From IMG/VR virus record IMGVR_UViG_3300032318_001140, positions 1 to 45,138 of that record: a stretch of DNA of 45,138 nucleotides. One strand, 5' to 3'. This DNA comes from a virus (taxonomy: Duplodnaviria > Caudoviricetes). Positions 27,577-35,891 of this stretch are shown piece by piece. Both the position numbers and the translations under genes were made by a program. The notes beneath the pieces are model-generated. The model had not been told where the DNA came from, did not search any database, and was given only the letters and a program-made list of their open reading frames with translations. The stretch's first letter is position 1, and every line of letters starts with the position of its first letter.

Positions 27577-29819
27577 AATCTGACTCTAGAATAACCATGC
27601 AGCTTGTTGCTACTCTGACGAAGAGTTTTATGTCTTCGTTTAAGACGGCTGGCGACACAGTAAAAGATTTTGAGAAGAGAGTTAAAAAATTAGATGATGC
27701 CTTAGACATATCTAATAAAATGAAGAAGATGGAGAACGATTCCAAGGCACTTGGAAACTCCATAAAGAAAACTGAAGAGAAGTTAAACAAACTTCAGCAA
27801 GAAGCTGCTAGAACTGGAGATGCTTACGGTACTTTAACGCAAGCTATAAACAAACAGAAAGCTAAACTAGAAGAGTATAGAAATAAACAAAAAGCAGTTA
27901 ACGATCAAGTAGCTCAAGCTTCTAATAAGCTTCGCAGTTATGGTGTTGAGGCTAGAAGTGCTGCTGAGTCACAGCAAAAATTAAACGCTAAAATAGCTGA
28001 AGAGAAGAGATTATTAGATCAGCAAAAACAGCACGAGTCCAGAAAGAATATGGCTAATGGGCTTAAAGGAGTTGGTCGTGGCATGGTTGCTGGGGGCTTT
28101 ATGTCCTTTGGTGCTGGCTTAGGAACTCTATATACAGCTCATAACTTTATGAAGAAGTCTATGCACGTAGAAAGACAGCTTGCTTTAATGAGGGCTATAT
28201 CTTCTGATGATAAATCTTTTGATTTAAAAACTGCTGAAGCTAACATAAGAGAAGTAGCCTTAAAGAGCGGTATCACTATGGATACTCTAGCTAACCTCTC
28301 TGTGGACTTATCTAAAGCAGGTATAGATTTATCTAAGCAAGTAGGCCCTAGAGGCATGTTAAAGACTATGGCAGATATGTCTCTGGCTACTGGAGAATCT
28401 CCTGAGACTGCCATGAAGATGTTATCTCAAATACAAGCTACTTTTAGTAAATCTTTAAGTAAGGATAAAACTTTACGTTCTACTGGCTACGATACTAGAG
28501 ATGCTTTAAACATGATCGTACAGGCTGCTAACGATTCTATCATATCCGTAAGTGATATGAACGAGTCCTTTAAGTTCCTAGCTCCTACTATGGATATTTT
28601 AGGTGTTAGTCTTGCAGAAAGTGCAGCTATGGTTACTCAGATAGGTAAAGGTAACTTACGTGGCGGTCAAGCTACTAGATCTTTTAAATCTGCGATGTTA
28701 GGATTTGCCTCACCTACTAAAAAAGCCACAGACACTATAGCTACTTTCAGAGAAGAGACTGGATTTAACTTTGACGTGTGGACTGATACAGGTAACTTTA
28801 AAGGTCTAGACTATATGGTTGAGAGATTAACTACTCTAAGAGAGTTAGTTTCTAATAAGAGCTATTTAGATTTCGTTTCTAACGTATTTCAAAAAGAGGC
28901 TGCGGTAGCTATTTTGCAGCTTACCAAGAACGGTACTAAAGATTTAGTAGCCTATAGAACTGAGTTAGCTAAGATCCAAAACTCAGCCAAAGAAGATTTA
29001 ATTGGAAGCTCTGCTGTCAATCAACTCAAAACAGTAAGCGGTGCTGTGGACTTACTTAAAACTCAGTTTGATGAGTTGGCTGCTGTGATGTTCTTTGATC
29101 TAGGGGGTAAAGAGATTCTTAAGCAGACCCTCACGGATATGAGAGGTTTGGTTGGGGTCATAACCGACATAACTAAAGCTAATAAGGGGATGGTGCAAGG
29201 AATAATTGGAGCTGTACCTTGGCTAGGTACATTAGGGATTGCTTTTGGAGCTTTGAGTATGGTTACTGGAAGTGTTTTGTCTACCATAGGGGATGTAGGA
29301 CTAGGGGTATTAGCTTTTCAGAAAATATTCCCTAAGGCTTCCGCTGCTATAGCAACTTTTGCTTCTGGGGCTATAGGCTGGCTTAGTAAGGTGGCTGTGG
29401 CAGCTTGGGCTTCTCTTGGCCCTTACGGTCTGCTTGCACTTGGTACTGCTGCTATAGGGTATGGAGCGTACAAAGGGTATGAGGCTATAAGCGATAATAT
29501 ATCGGAAAGTAAAGCTAGAAGAGCTTTGGAAGAGAATGGTGGGTGGACTGCGGATTCTGTAATGAATCCTGAGTTCAAAGCCCAGAAGGAACGAACTTCA
29601 CAAGACAGGAATACCATGTTTGAAAGAAGCATTTCTAAAGCAGCTATTCAGAATGTTAATAACGGTAATAACCACGTGGTAATAAATATAGACGGCGATG
29701 TTACCCAAGCGGTATTTGACGACCTTAAAAACCTATTCAAGACTCCTGGAGTAACTCCTGTGATTCCTGCCTTTATAGGCACTGGGTCTGCTTTTAAATC
29801 AAAGGATGGGTTTAACTAA
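27573..29819 (+). CDS. Tail tape measure protein (748 aa)
   Basis: N-terminal coiled coil, TP901-type core (ESFKFLAP...GVSL.E.AA), hydrophobic Gly/Ala-rich C-terminal part; position. Confidence 0.92.
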   Translation: MKSDSRITMQLVATLTKSFMSSFKTAGDTVKDFEKRVKKLDDALDISNKMKKMENDSKALGNSIKKTEEKLNKLQQEAARTGDAYGTLTQAINKQKAKLEEYRNKQKAVNDQVAQASNKLRSYGVEARSAAESQQKLNAKIAEEKRLLDQQKQHESRKNMANGLKGVGRGMVAGGFMSFGAGLGTLYTAHNFMKKSMHVERQLALMRAISSDDKSFDLKTAEANIREVALKSGITMDTLANLSVDLSKAGIDLSKQVGPRGMLKTMADMSLATGESPETAMKMLSQIQATFSKSLSKDKTLRSTGYDTRDALNMIVQAANDSIISVSDMNESFKFLAPTMDILGVSLAESAAMVTQIGKGNLRGGQATRSFKSAMLGFASPTKKATDTIATFREETGFNFDVWTDTGNFKGLDYMVERLTTLRELVSNKSYLDFVSNVFQKEAAVAILQLTKNGTKDLVAYRTELAKIQNSAKEDLIGSSAVNQLKTVSGAVDLLKTQFDELAAVMFFDLGGKEILKQTLTDMRGLVGVITDITKANKGMVQGIIGAVPWLGTLGIAFGALSMVTGSVLSTIGDVGLGVLAFQKIFPKASAAIATFASGAIGWLSKVAVAAWASLGPYGLLALGTAAIGYGAYKGYEAISDNISESKARRALEENGGWTADSVMNPEFKAQKERTSQDRNTMFERSISKAAIQNVNNGNNHVVINIDGDVTQAVFDDLKNLFKTPGVTPVIPAFIGTGSAFKSKDGFN

Positions 29820-30385
29820 TGCCATTAATGCGACTAGGTGATTTTATATTTAACTCTTACACGACTAATTTTCAGGAGTCGGTAAAGCGATATTCTTGGG
29901 AATGGGCAGAAAGAGATAAGCTAGCTGGGGAAAACTCTCTTAATAATGGTGGAGTAAAAGCTCCTATCAGAATACTCACTGGTACTATATTTCACGACTT
30001 ACAGTTAAATGTAAACATACTAAATACTATCAACACCCTATTCGGAAACCAATCCCTAGAACAACTAAAGAGGATGGGAGATGCTAGTGCTAGAAGCGGT
30101 GAGTCCTACCCTCTCTTTGACGGTATAGGCAGGAATCTAGGCAGGTGGGTAATAGTAGACTTAAACGTACAAGAATCTAAATACAATGAGTATGGAGTAG
30201 CTATTAAACAAGAGTTTACTATGGAGTTAAAGCAGGATATAGAAGCTACTAGACTTAGTGTTAATACTCTACTGGATTATGATGTATTAAAAGTCAGTGC
30301 GGATAATATGTTTATAGTAAAAACTAAGGAAGGGCTTAGAGGCATCTCTGATGCCACAACAAAAGTGAGTGATTATCTATTTTGA
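29819..30385 (+). CDS. Tail protein U (P2 gpU-like)
   Basis: LMRLGDFIF, L.DG.GR.LG.WVI, EFTMELK. Confidence 0.88.
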   Translation: MPLMRLGDFIFNSYTTNFQESVKRYSWEWAERDKLAGENSLNNGGVKAPIRILTGTIFHDLQLNVNILNTINTLFGNQSLEQLKRMGDASARSGESYPLFDGIGRNLGRWVIVDLNVQESKYNEYGVAIKQEFTMELKQDIEATRLSVNTLLDYDVLKVSADNMFIVKTKEGLRGISDATTKVSDYLF

Positions 30386-30594
30386 GAATTTATAGCACTA
30401 TTCAAGGAGATACTTTAGATCTGATAGCCTTTAAATACTATGGCTACGAAAGAGGTACTGCCGAAAAACTTTATAGCTTTAATCCACATCTAGTAGATTA
30501 TGATTTTATCCTACCTCCTGGAATTAAAATAAACCTACCAGAGCTTAGCAGAGCTAAAGCTAATATTCAAGAGCTAGTAACATTATGGGATTAA
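30382..30594 (+). CDS. Tail protein X (P2 gpX, LysM-like)
   Basis: QGDTLDLIA.KYYG, NP.L, LP.G..I.LP, terminal LWD. Confidence 0.92.
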   Translation: MRIYSTIQGDTLDLIAFKYYGYERGTAEKLYSFNPHLVDYDFILPPGIKINLPELSRAKANIQELVTLWD

Positions 30595-31691
30595 CTCCAA
30601 GCTTTAAAATTTTAAACGAAGCAGGTAAAGAACTCCTTGAGCTTATGGGGAGAGTTTTATCTATTACTGCTACTGATGAGTCAGGACAGAAAAATGATAA
30701 GCTAGATCTAGTTTTGTATAACGATAGAAAATTCTTACATCCTAACGTAGGATTTAAAGTGCAATTATACTTAGGGTATTTAGAAGAGGGTTTATATAAA
30801 GTAGGTAACTATACCTTAGCTACCGTAGAGTATAGCGGGGATTCTACGGATGAGCGTGTAATACTAAACTTTAAAAGTGCATCCTCTAACCCTGCTTTAC
30901 TAGATAATAAAACTAGATCCTTTGTTAATAAATCTGTAGGCTATATAGTAAATAAGATCTGTTTAGAGTCTAGCTTGCAAGCTAGAATAGATCCATATTT
31001 CTTTACTGTTAATGTGAATAAAGATCAATCTGGCATTACTAATCAACGTCTGCTATTTGATCTAGGTCAAGAGCATGATGCTTTTACTAAGATTCAAGGT
31101 AATGTTTTAGTATTTGCTAGACGTGGCCCTGACACTCTTATTAACTCGTTAGTGCAGTTACCTAAATTAGATTTAGAATACAAAAGAGACATCATAACTT
31201 ACAGTGGACAGGAAGATAAGTCAGTAAACTTTTCTAGTGTTGGGGTTAAGTATAGAGCTGTAGCTTCCAACGGAGATATAACTACCGAGATGGCAAGTGT
31301 AGGTACTGGAGAACCACTTAAAATACTGAATGAAATAGCAGGTAATGAGGACGATGCTTTAAGAAGAGCTAACACTGCCTACAACCAAATTAGCAGAGGT
31401 AAGAGAAAGCTAAATATTTCTACGGAGGGTAAATTCAGAATCCCTGCCGAAACTAGAGTTAACGTAACTGGGTTGCCTGATATACTAAATGGAAATTATG
31501 CAGTTATTAAAGTTATGTATAACTATAACAAAAAAGGTGACTATACAGTTTCTTATGAGCTTAATACTCATATCCCTGCAACTGAGAGTAATCCTAGAAG
31601 AGTTATACTCAGAGCCCCTGAAGATGCGTTAGATAATGACGTAGATCCAGAAGGTGATGGAGATGATATTTTACCTGGGCTTATTCCTTAG
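30585..31691 (+). CDS. Baseplate hub / late control protein D (P2 gpD-like)
   Basis: LTPSF.I, TDESG...DKL.L, LYLGY, K.RSF, DQ......L..L motifs. Confidence 0.88.
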   Translation: MGLTPSFKILNEAGKELLELMGRVLSITATDESGQKNDKLDLVLYNDRKFLHPNVGFKVQLYLGYLEEGLYKVGNYTLATVEYSGDSTDERVILNFKSASSNPALLDNKTRSFVNKSVGYIVNKICLESSLQARIDPYFFTVNVNKDQSGITNQRLLFDLGQEHDAFTKIQGNVLVFARRGPDTLINSLVQLPKLDLEYKRDIITYSGQEDKSVNFSSVGVKYRAVASNGDITTEMASVGTGEPLKILNEIAGNEDDALRRANTAYNQISRGKRKLNISTEGKFRIPAETRVNVTGLPDILNGNYAVIKVMYNYNKKGDYTVSYELNTHIPATESNPRRVILRAPEDALDNDVDPEGDGDDILPGLIP

Positions 31692-32083
31692 CCTTTGTAC
31701 TCACCGATCTTCCACTCTTCTAGCATATATTTAGAAGTCTTATTACCTATTCTAAAGTTACCATAAAACCCAATACCGTCATCAACTTTATTTACTATTT
31801 CTACGAACGGGTTGGTAGGAGAATACTGCACATATATAGTCTGTAGAATATCCTTAAACTCCTTAGCAGATTGATTTTCAATATTAAATTTTAAGATACT
31901 TTTATCAGGCAAATCTTTAAATATGTGTAACCAAGACTTTCCTAAGAAATGTTTAGCATGAAAATATCCTTCTTTATCTACTGGCTCACCCCCATGAGTA
32001 ATAGTAGTAGATATTTTATACTTACCTACAGATCCTTCTGTAGCCTCGATTAAGTTAGTTGATATTTCTTGCATTATATTCAC
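31688..32083 (-). CDS. Hypothetical protein (131 aa)
   Basis: Overlaps the end of the AAA gene; stop overlaps the gpD stop. Confidence 0.7.
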   Translation of the reverse strand: MNIMQEISTNLIEATEGSVGKYKISTTITHGGEPVDKEGYFHAKHFLGKSWLHIFKDLPDKSILKFNIENQSAKEFKDILQTIYVQYSPTNPFVEIVNKVDDGIGFYGNFRIGNKTSKYMLEEWKIGEYKG

Positions 32084-33329
32084 TCCAAATTCTAGTAGCT
32101 AAGTAAGTTTCTTCATTCCTCTTGAATGAAGGGATTATGTTTTTCATGTGATCCTCTATTTTCACTTCTTCTCCGTTCAGGAAATCCAGCACACACTCTT
32201 CAAGTAAAAATTCTACATCTGTTAATCCGTAGTTTAAATTTTTAAGTTTAGCTGTTACTTCACTATTAAACACATTAGCATAAAACTCAGAAGGCACAGA
32301 AATATATTTCCCTGCCTTGCTTTTTATGAATAGTGCAATGCTGTCTTCCGTAGGTAAATCAGCATAAAAATATTCATTAAGTCTTCCTCTTCTTATTAAT
32401 TCAGGAGGTACAGAACTTACAGAGTTACCAGTTAAAACAAAAAATAAAGTCCCATTGCTTTGCATGAAATCTAATAATTTCTTAAGTATTCTTTGAGTAG
32501 TTCCCGAATGATCGCTAAGTGTATTAGAAAACATCTTATCCACTTCATCTATAAGAATTACCGCCCTACCTATGGTAGCTATGTAACGTAAAGCCTGATC
32601 TATAGCTTTCTCACTATTACCCTGAAAACTATCCAAAGCAGAATGAACATCAAATAGATATACTGGGCAGTTTAGTATCTCAGCACACTTAAAAGCAGAC
32701 ATGGTTTTACCTGTACCTGGAACTCCAAAAACAGAAATACCTTTAAGTTTAATTCCAGTGTTATTATCAAAGCATATAGCTCTTCTTTTAAGCCATGTGG
32801 TTAATCCATTCATTCCTACTATCTCAGTAGAATTAGTAATTAGTCTAACTAAAGGATTTCTTTTACATAGATCCTCTAAGTACCCTTCTAAATAGTCTGT
32901 GAGGTTTACTCTGTCAAACTTAAACTTAAAATCTAAAGCATCTTGCTCAGTGCAAATTACCAATACTACTTTATCTCTATAGTCTTTCTCCACAAAAGAT
33001 TCTAAAGCTTTATTAAGAGTAGAGATACTTTTAGTTATCTCAGGAACCATAATTATAAATGGAGTAATTTCTGCATTTCTTTGTTTAGGCTTTAAAAGAT
33101 ATGTCTCAAGTGCAGTTTCGTAAGTATTACTTATGTTACTGGCAGCTATAGTTTTTGTGCCTTTAGTTATCTCTAAGATAGATTTTTCAGGTGTTAAAGT
33201 TATACTTCTAGTTAAGAAGTTCTTAGCTTTAGATAAAAATTCTGATTGTGCTTGTTTTGCGTAAGGTGTAGCAAACACTAGAACTTTACCTCTTTTTACT
33301 TTAAACAGATTTTCTAGATCATTATCCAC
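32055..33329 (-). CDS. AAA+ ATPase, Ycf46-like
   Basis: Walker A GVPGTGKT, Walker B ILIDEVDK, PPELIRRGRLNEYFYADLP, terminal W...NAR. GTG 33329 preferred, 6 nt after TGTGCTATCAT (33336-33346). Confidence 0.85.
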   Translation of the reverse strand: MDNDLENLFKVKRGKVLVFATPYAKQAQSEFLSKAKNFLTRSITLTPEKSILEITKGTKTIAASNISNTYETALETYLLKPKQRNAEITPFIIMVPEITKSISTLNKALESFVEKDYRDKVVLVICTEQDALDFKFKFDRVNLTDYLEGYLEDLCKRNPLVRLITNSTEIVGMNGLTTWLKRRAICFDNNTGIKLKGISVFGVPGTGKTMSAFKCAEILNCPVYLFDVHSALDSFQGNSEKAIDQALRYIATIGRAVILIDEVDKMFSNTLSDHSGTTQRILKKLLDFMQSNGTLFFVLTGNSVSSVPPELIRRGRLNEYFYADLPTEDSIALFIKSKAGKYISVPSEFYANVFNSEVTAKLKNLNYGLTDVEFLLEECVLDFLNGEEVKIEDHMKNIIPSFKRNEETYLATRIWSEYNARNIN

Positions 33330-33372
33330 ATTCCAATGATAGCACATCAAATCTAAAAGGTCTAGGAAGCCC

Positions 33373-33567
33373 TAGAAACTATTAAAAATAATCAAAGATT
33401 AAAGTATTGGGGTAAGTGTATTTTTGTTTGTTATGGGCGAACCTAGATATGTCTGATTTACTTTTTGGTAATTTTTCCCAACGCCCCATCTTTCCCCCAC
33501 ACCCCCTATCTACTCGTTTCACTCGGTAAATACTAAGAAGAAACAACATAAACTTTAATAGTTTCTA
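33373..33567. repeat. 14-bp perfect inverted repeat
   Basis: TAGAAACTATTAAA 33373-33386 / TTTAATAGTTTCTA 33554-33567. Confidence 0.85.
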
Positions 33568-33734
33568 ATAATCTCAGACTCTTTGAATAGTTAGTCTGGG
33601 TAGGGAAATATACGAATTATATGTAACTATGGAGGAGACTAGTTAATTTTAACTTTACTTACTTTTGGGAGTTAGTAGAGATAGAAATAACTAGGATTTA
33701 GTTATCTTAGGGTGGGGGTGCGGGGGAGGGGAGG
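33477..33734. other. Paired G-quadruplex motifs on opposite strands; candidate origin region
   Basis: Minus strand GGGGGTGTGGGGGAAAGATGGGGCGTTGGG (33477-33506); plus strand GGGTGGGGGTGCGGGGGAGGGGAGG (33710-33734). Confidence 0.5.
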
Positions 33735-33763
33735 TACATAGTAAATTATGTTATAATTAAGCC

Positions 33764-34036
33764 ATGACAGAAAATACAAAGAGAATTATATTTACAGATT
33801 ATTTAGCTAACGCACAAAGAATATCTTATCTTCCTATACTAGAAGCTTCTGAGGCTATAATAAATAAAAGCCTTGACAATGACACCTTAAACATTGTTTA
33901 TGATACAGAGAAACTAAAAGCTCACGCTAAAAAAATGAAGAAGTTATCCAACGAGGGGAAAACATTTAACTATTTAGACATTTTAGCTACACAATACGCA
34001 AATAATATTATAGAAATGTCGGTAGACGTGGTATAA
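33764..34036 (+). CDS. Hypothetical protein (90 aa), likely leaderless
   Basis: ATG 6 nt after TGTTATAAT (33749-33757). Confidence 0.7.
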   Translation: MTENTKRIIFTDYLANAQRISYLPILEASEAIINKSLDNDTLNIVYDTEKLKAHAKKMKKLSNEGKTFNYLDILATQYANNIIEMSVDVV

Positions 34037-34043
34037 TTATAGA

Positions 34044-34130
34044 GTAAATGCCGTACGAGGTTTTTGTCAATTTCTAAATGCCTTAGAAAAAAAAATGTTG
34101 TAAAAGAAGAGGGGAAACCCTCTTTTTTTA
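34044..34130 (+). ncRNA. Candidate ~85-nt regulatory RNA complementary to the start region of the downstream polymerase-like gene
   Basis: Extended -10 TGGTATAAT 34029-34037; terminator 34100-34131; 34045-34083 can pair with 34182-34214. Confidence 0.45.
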
Positions 34131-34131
34131 C
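34100..34131 (+). terminator. Intrinsic terminator
   Basis: GTAAAAGAAGAGGG-GAAA-CCCTCTTTTTTTAC. Confidence 0.85.
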
Positions 34132-34155
34132 GTTTATGTTAAGATGTAGTATAAT
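34127..34155 (+). promoter_or_regulatory. Sigma70-type promoter
   Basis: TTTACG (34127-34132), 17 nt spacer, TATAAT (34150-34155). Confidence 0.7.
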
Positions 34156-34195
34156 ATTTAAGTAGGTTAACACCCTATAATAGGCATTTCAACCA

Positions 34196-35854
34196 TTGAC
34201 AAAGAAAGCATTTATAAACAAATATTCATACGTTCCTAAGCAGACTTACTTAGACATGGAAGAGTATTTAAAAGATTTTAGTATAGCCGTTAGGCATTTA
34301 ATTTATCATATAATAAATTGCACCTTAAGAGAGTATGACAAAGAACATACAACCTGGGTTCCGATACCATCTACAGCTATAAATAAAGAGCTAGGGCAAA
34401 ATGTAAGAGTTAAAAACTTAGAAGAGCTTGGAATTATAAGTATTAAACCCCTTAATGATTTTGGAAAAACCTATAGCAGATTCGGTCATTTGTGCAGGGA
34501 GTATGAGGTTTCAGATACTATTTGGGAGGTCTTCACAAACTCCTTAGATGCAAATAGACATGCAAAAGAGTTTGTTAATCTATTTAACGGCAAGCCTAGA
34601 AAAATAATAACTAACAGCAAAGCTACTCTGGGATCTAGAGGGGTTATGCCTAGTTCCTTAGTCTCTAAAGCAGTAAATTCTATGGAGCCTTTCAGGTTTA
34701 ATGCCAAAAGTACCACAGAGCATATAGAGTTTATGAGGGCAAAGGCAGACTATACAAAGACTGATAAGTTTCGTTACATAGCTGACCTACATGCTTACAA
34801 CTATATTATGTCTGGATCTGTCTGGGTTAATATGACTGAGGCTGAGTACCATTCAGATTATGCTACGCAGATGTCTGGAAGAGTGAGTGAACTAGGAGGT
34901 GGATTCCAATCCTGTTCTAGGCTTATGAAACACGCTGCCTTTTTTGGTATTGAGAACATAAATAATTATGACCTTAAGTCTTCTCAGATACTAGGGGTAA
35001 TGCAACTATTTGAGGAAGCAGGAATAAGCACTGAGGCCATAGGAAATATATTACAGATAGATAAAGCTAAGACAGCAGCTCAACTCTCACTTACTTTAGA
35101 CTCCTTCAAGAAAGTTTTGATAGAGATAATACTAGGGGCCGATTTACCAGTATTTGAGAAAGCAGGTAAATGCAAGCACAATAATTCTTTCTACGAAGAC
35201 ATAATGCTTGGAGCTATAGGGGATAGTACAGAGGTGTATAAAAAGGTTTATCAGTGGCTACAACCATTAAAAAAAGATATAGACAAATGGCATAACACCT
35301 TACTAGACAAGGCTCTAAGTGATAAAAATGGTAGAAATTATATTTTAAATAAATGCGGTATAAATTTTTATTTAGGTGAGTACATAGATAAAAAAGGCAA
35401 GATAGTTAGCAAATCAGAATTGAAAAGACAGTTAGCAGCATTTTACCTCCAAGGACAGGAAGCCTGTTTTATTCACCATTTAACTATCCTCAGTAAAAAA
35501 TATGGGTTTACAGTTATATCTAACCAGCACGATGGACTATTAACCATAGGGGAGATACCCTCAGAAGCAATCGAGGAGGCTTCTAAGTTATCTGGGCTTA
35601 AGTATGCTGAGTTAGAGAAGAAAAATTTTGTAGAAGGTAAGGAGTTTCACCCAGCACCAATAATTCAGGAAATAAAAACTCCTAATATAGCTGAGACTGC
35701 GATTAAGCCTACAGTTGAATCTAAGGCTAAGAAAAGAAGAAGACGAAAACCTCCTGACGTTATACCTTTTGAATGGACTTTTGAGGACATAGATTTAGTA
35801 GCTCTTATGGAACAGGCAGAACTAGAAGATCGAAGGAAAATGTTATCGGGTTAG
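34196..35854 (+). CDS. PolA-superfamily polymerase-like protein without exonuclease (TV-Pol-like)
   Basis: SGRV...FQSCSR, motif A YDLKSSQ, motif B-like FKKVLIEIILG, LQGQE, motif C QHDGLL; possible HTH-like N-terminus. Confidence 0.7.
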   Translation: MTKKAFINKYSYVPKQTYLDMEEYLKDFSIAVRHLIYHIINCTLREYDKEHTTWVPIPSTAINKELGQNVRVKNLEELGIISIKPLNDFGKTYSRFGHLCREYEVSDTIWEVFTNSLDANRHAKEFVNLFNGKPRKIITNSKATLGSRGVMPSSLVSKAVNSMEPFRFNAKSTTEHIEFMRAKADYTKTDKFRYIADLHAYNYIMSGSVWVNMTEAEYHSDYATQMSGRVSELGGGFQSCSRLMKHAAFFGIENINNYDLKSSQILGVMQLFEEAGISTEAIGNILQIDKAKTAAQLSLTLDSFKKVLIEIILGADLPVFEKAGKCKHNNSFYEDIMLGAIGDSTEVYKKVYQWLQPLKKDIDKWHNTLLDKALSDKNGRNYILNKCGINFYLGEYIDKKGKIVSKSELKRQLAAFYLQGQEACFIHHLTILSKKYGFTVISNQHDGLLTIGEIPSEAIEEASKLSGLKYAELEKKNFVEGKEFHPAPIIQEIKTPNIAETAIKPTVESKAKKRRRRKPPDVIPFEWTFEDIDLVALMEQAELEDRRKMLSG

Positions 35855-35891
35855 TTTTTTCGTGGTATATTGATTACAAAGGACAAAAAAC

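Noticed and set aside
16708-31691. Tailocin or contractile injection system
   Set aside because: Portal, capsid and replication genes are linked, so this is a phage.
34041-34070. Minus-strand promoter TTGACA-18-TACTCT
   Set aside because: Weak -10 and suboptimal spacing; the TGTCAA is better explained as part of the inverted repeat, though a promoter is not excluded.
33970-34173. 67-aa minus-strand ORF
   Set aside because: Runs through a terminator, two promoters and a poly-A tract and overlaps the 90-aa gene; better explained as regulatory DNA.
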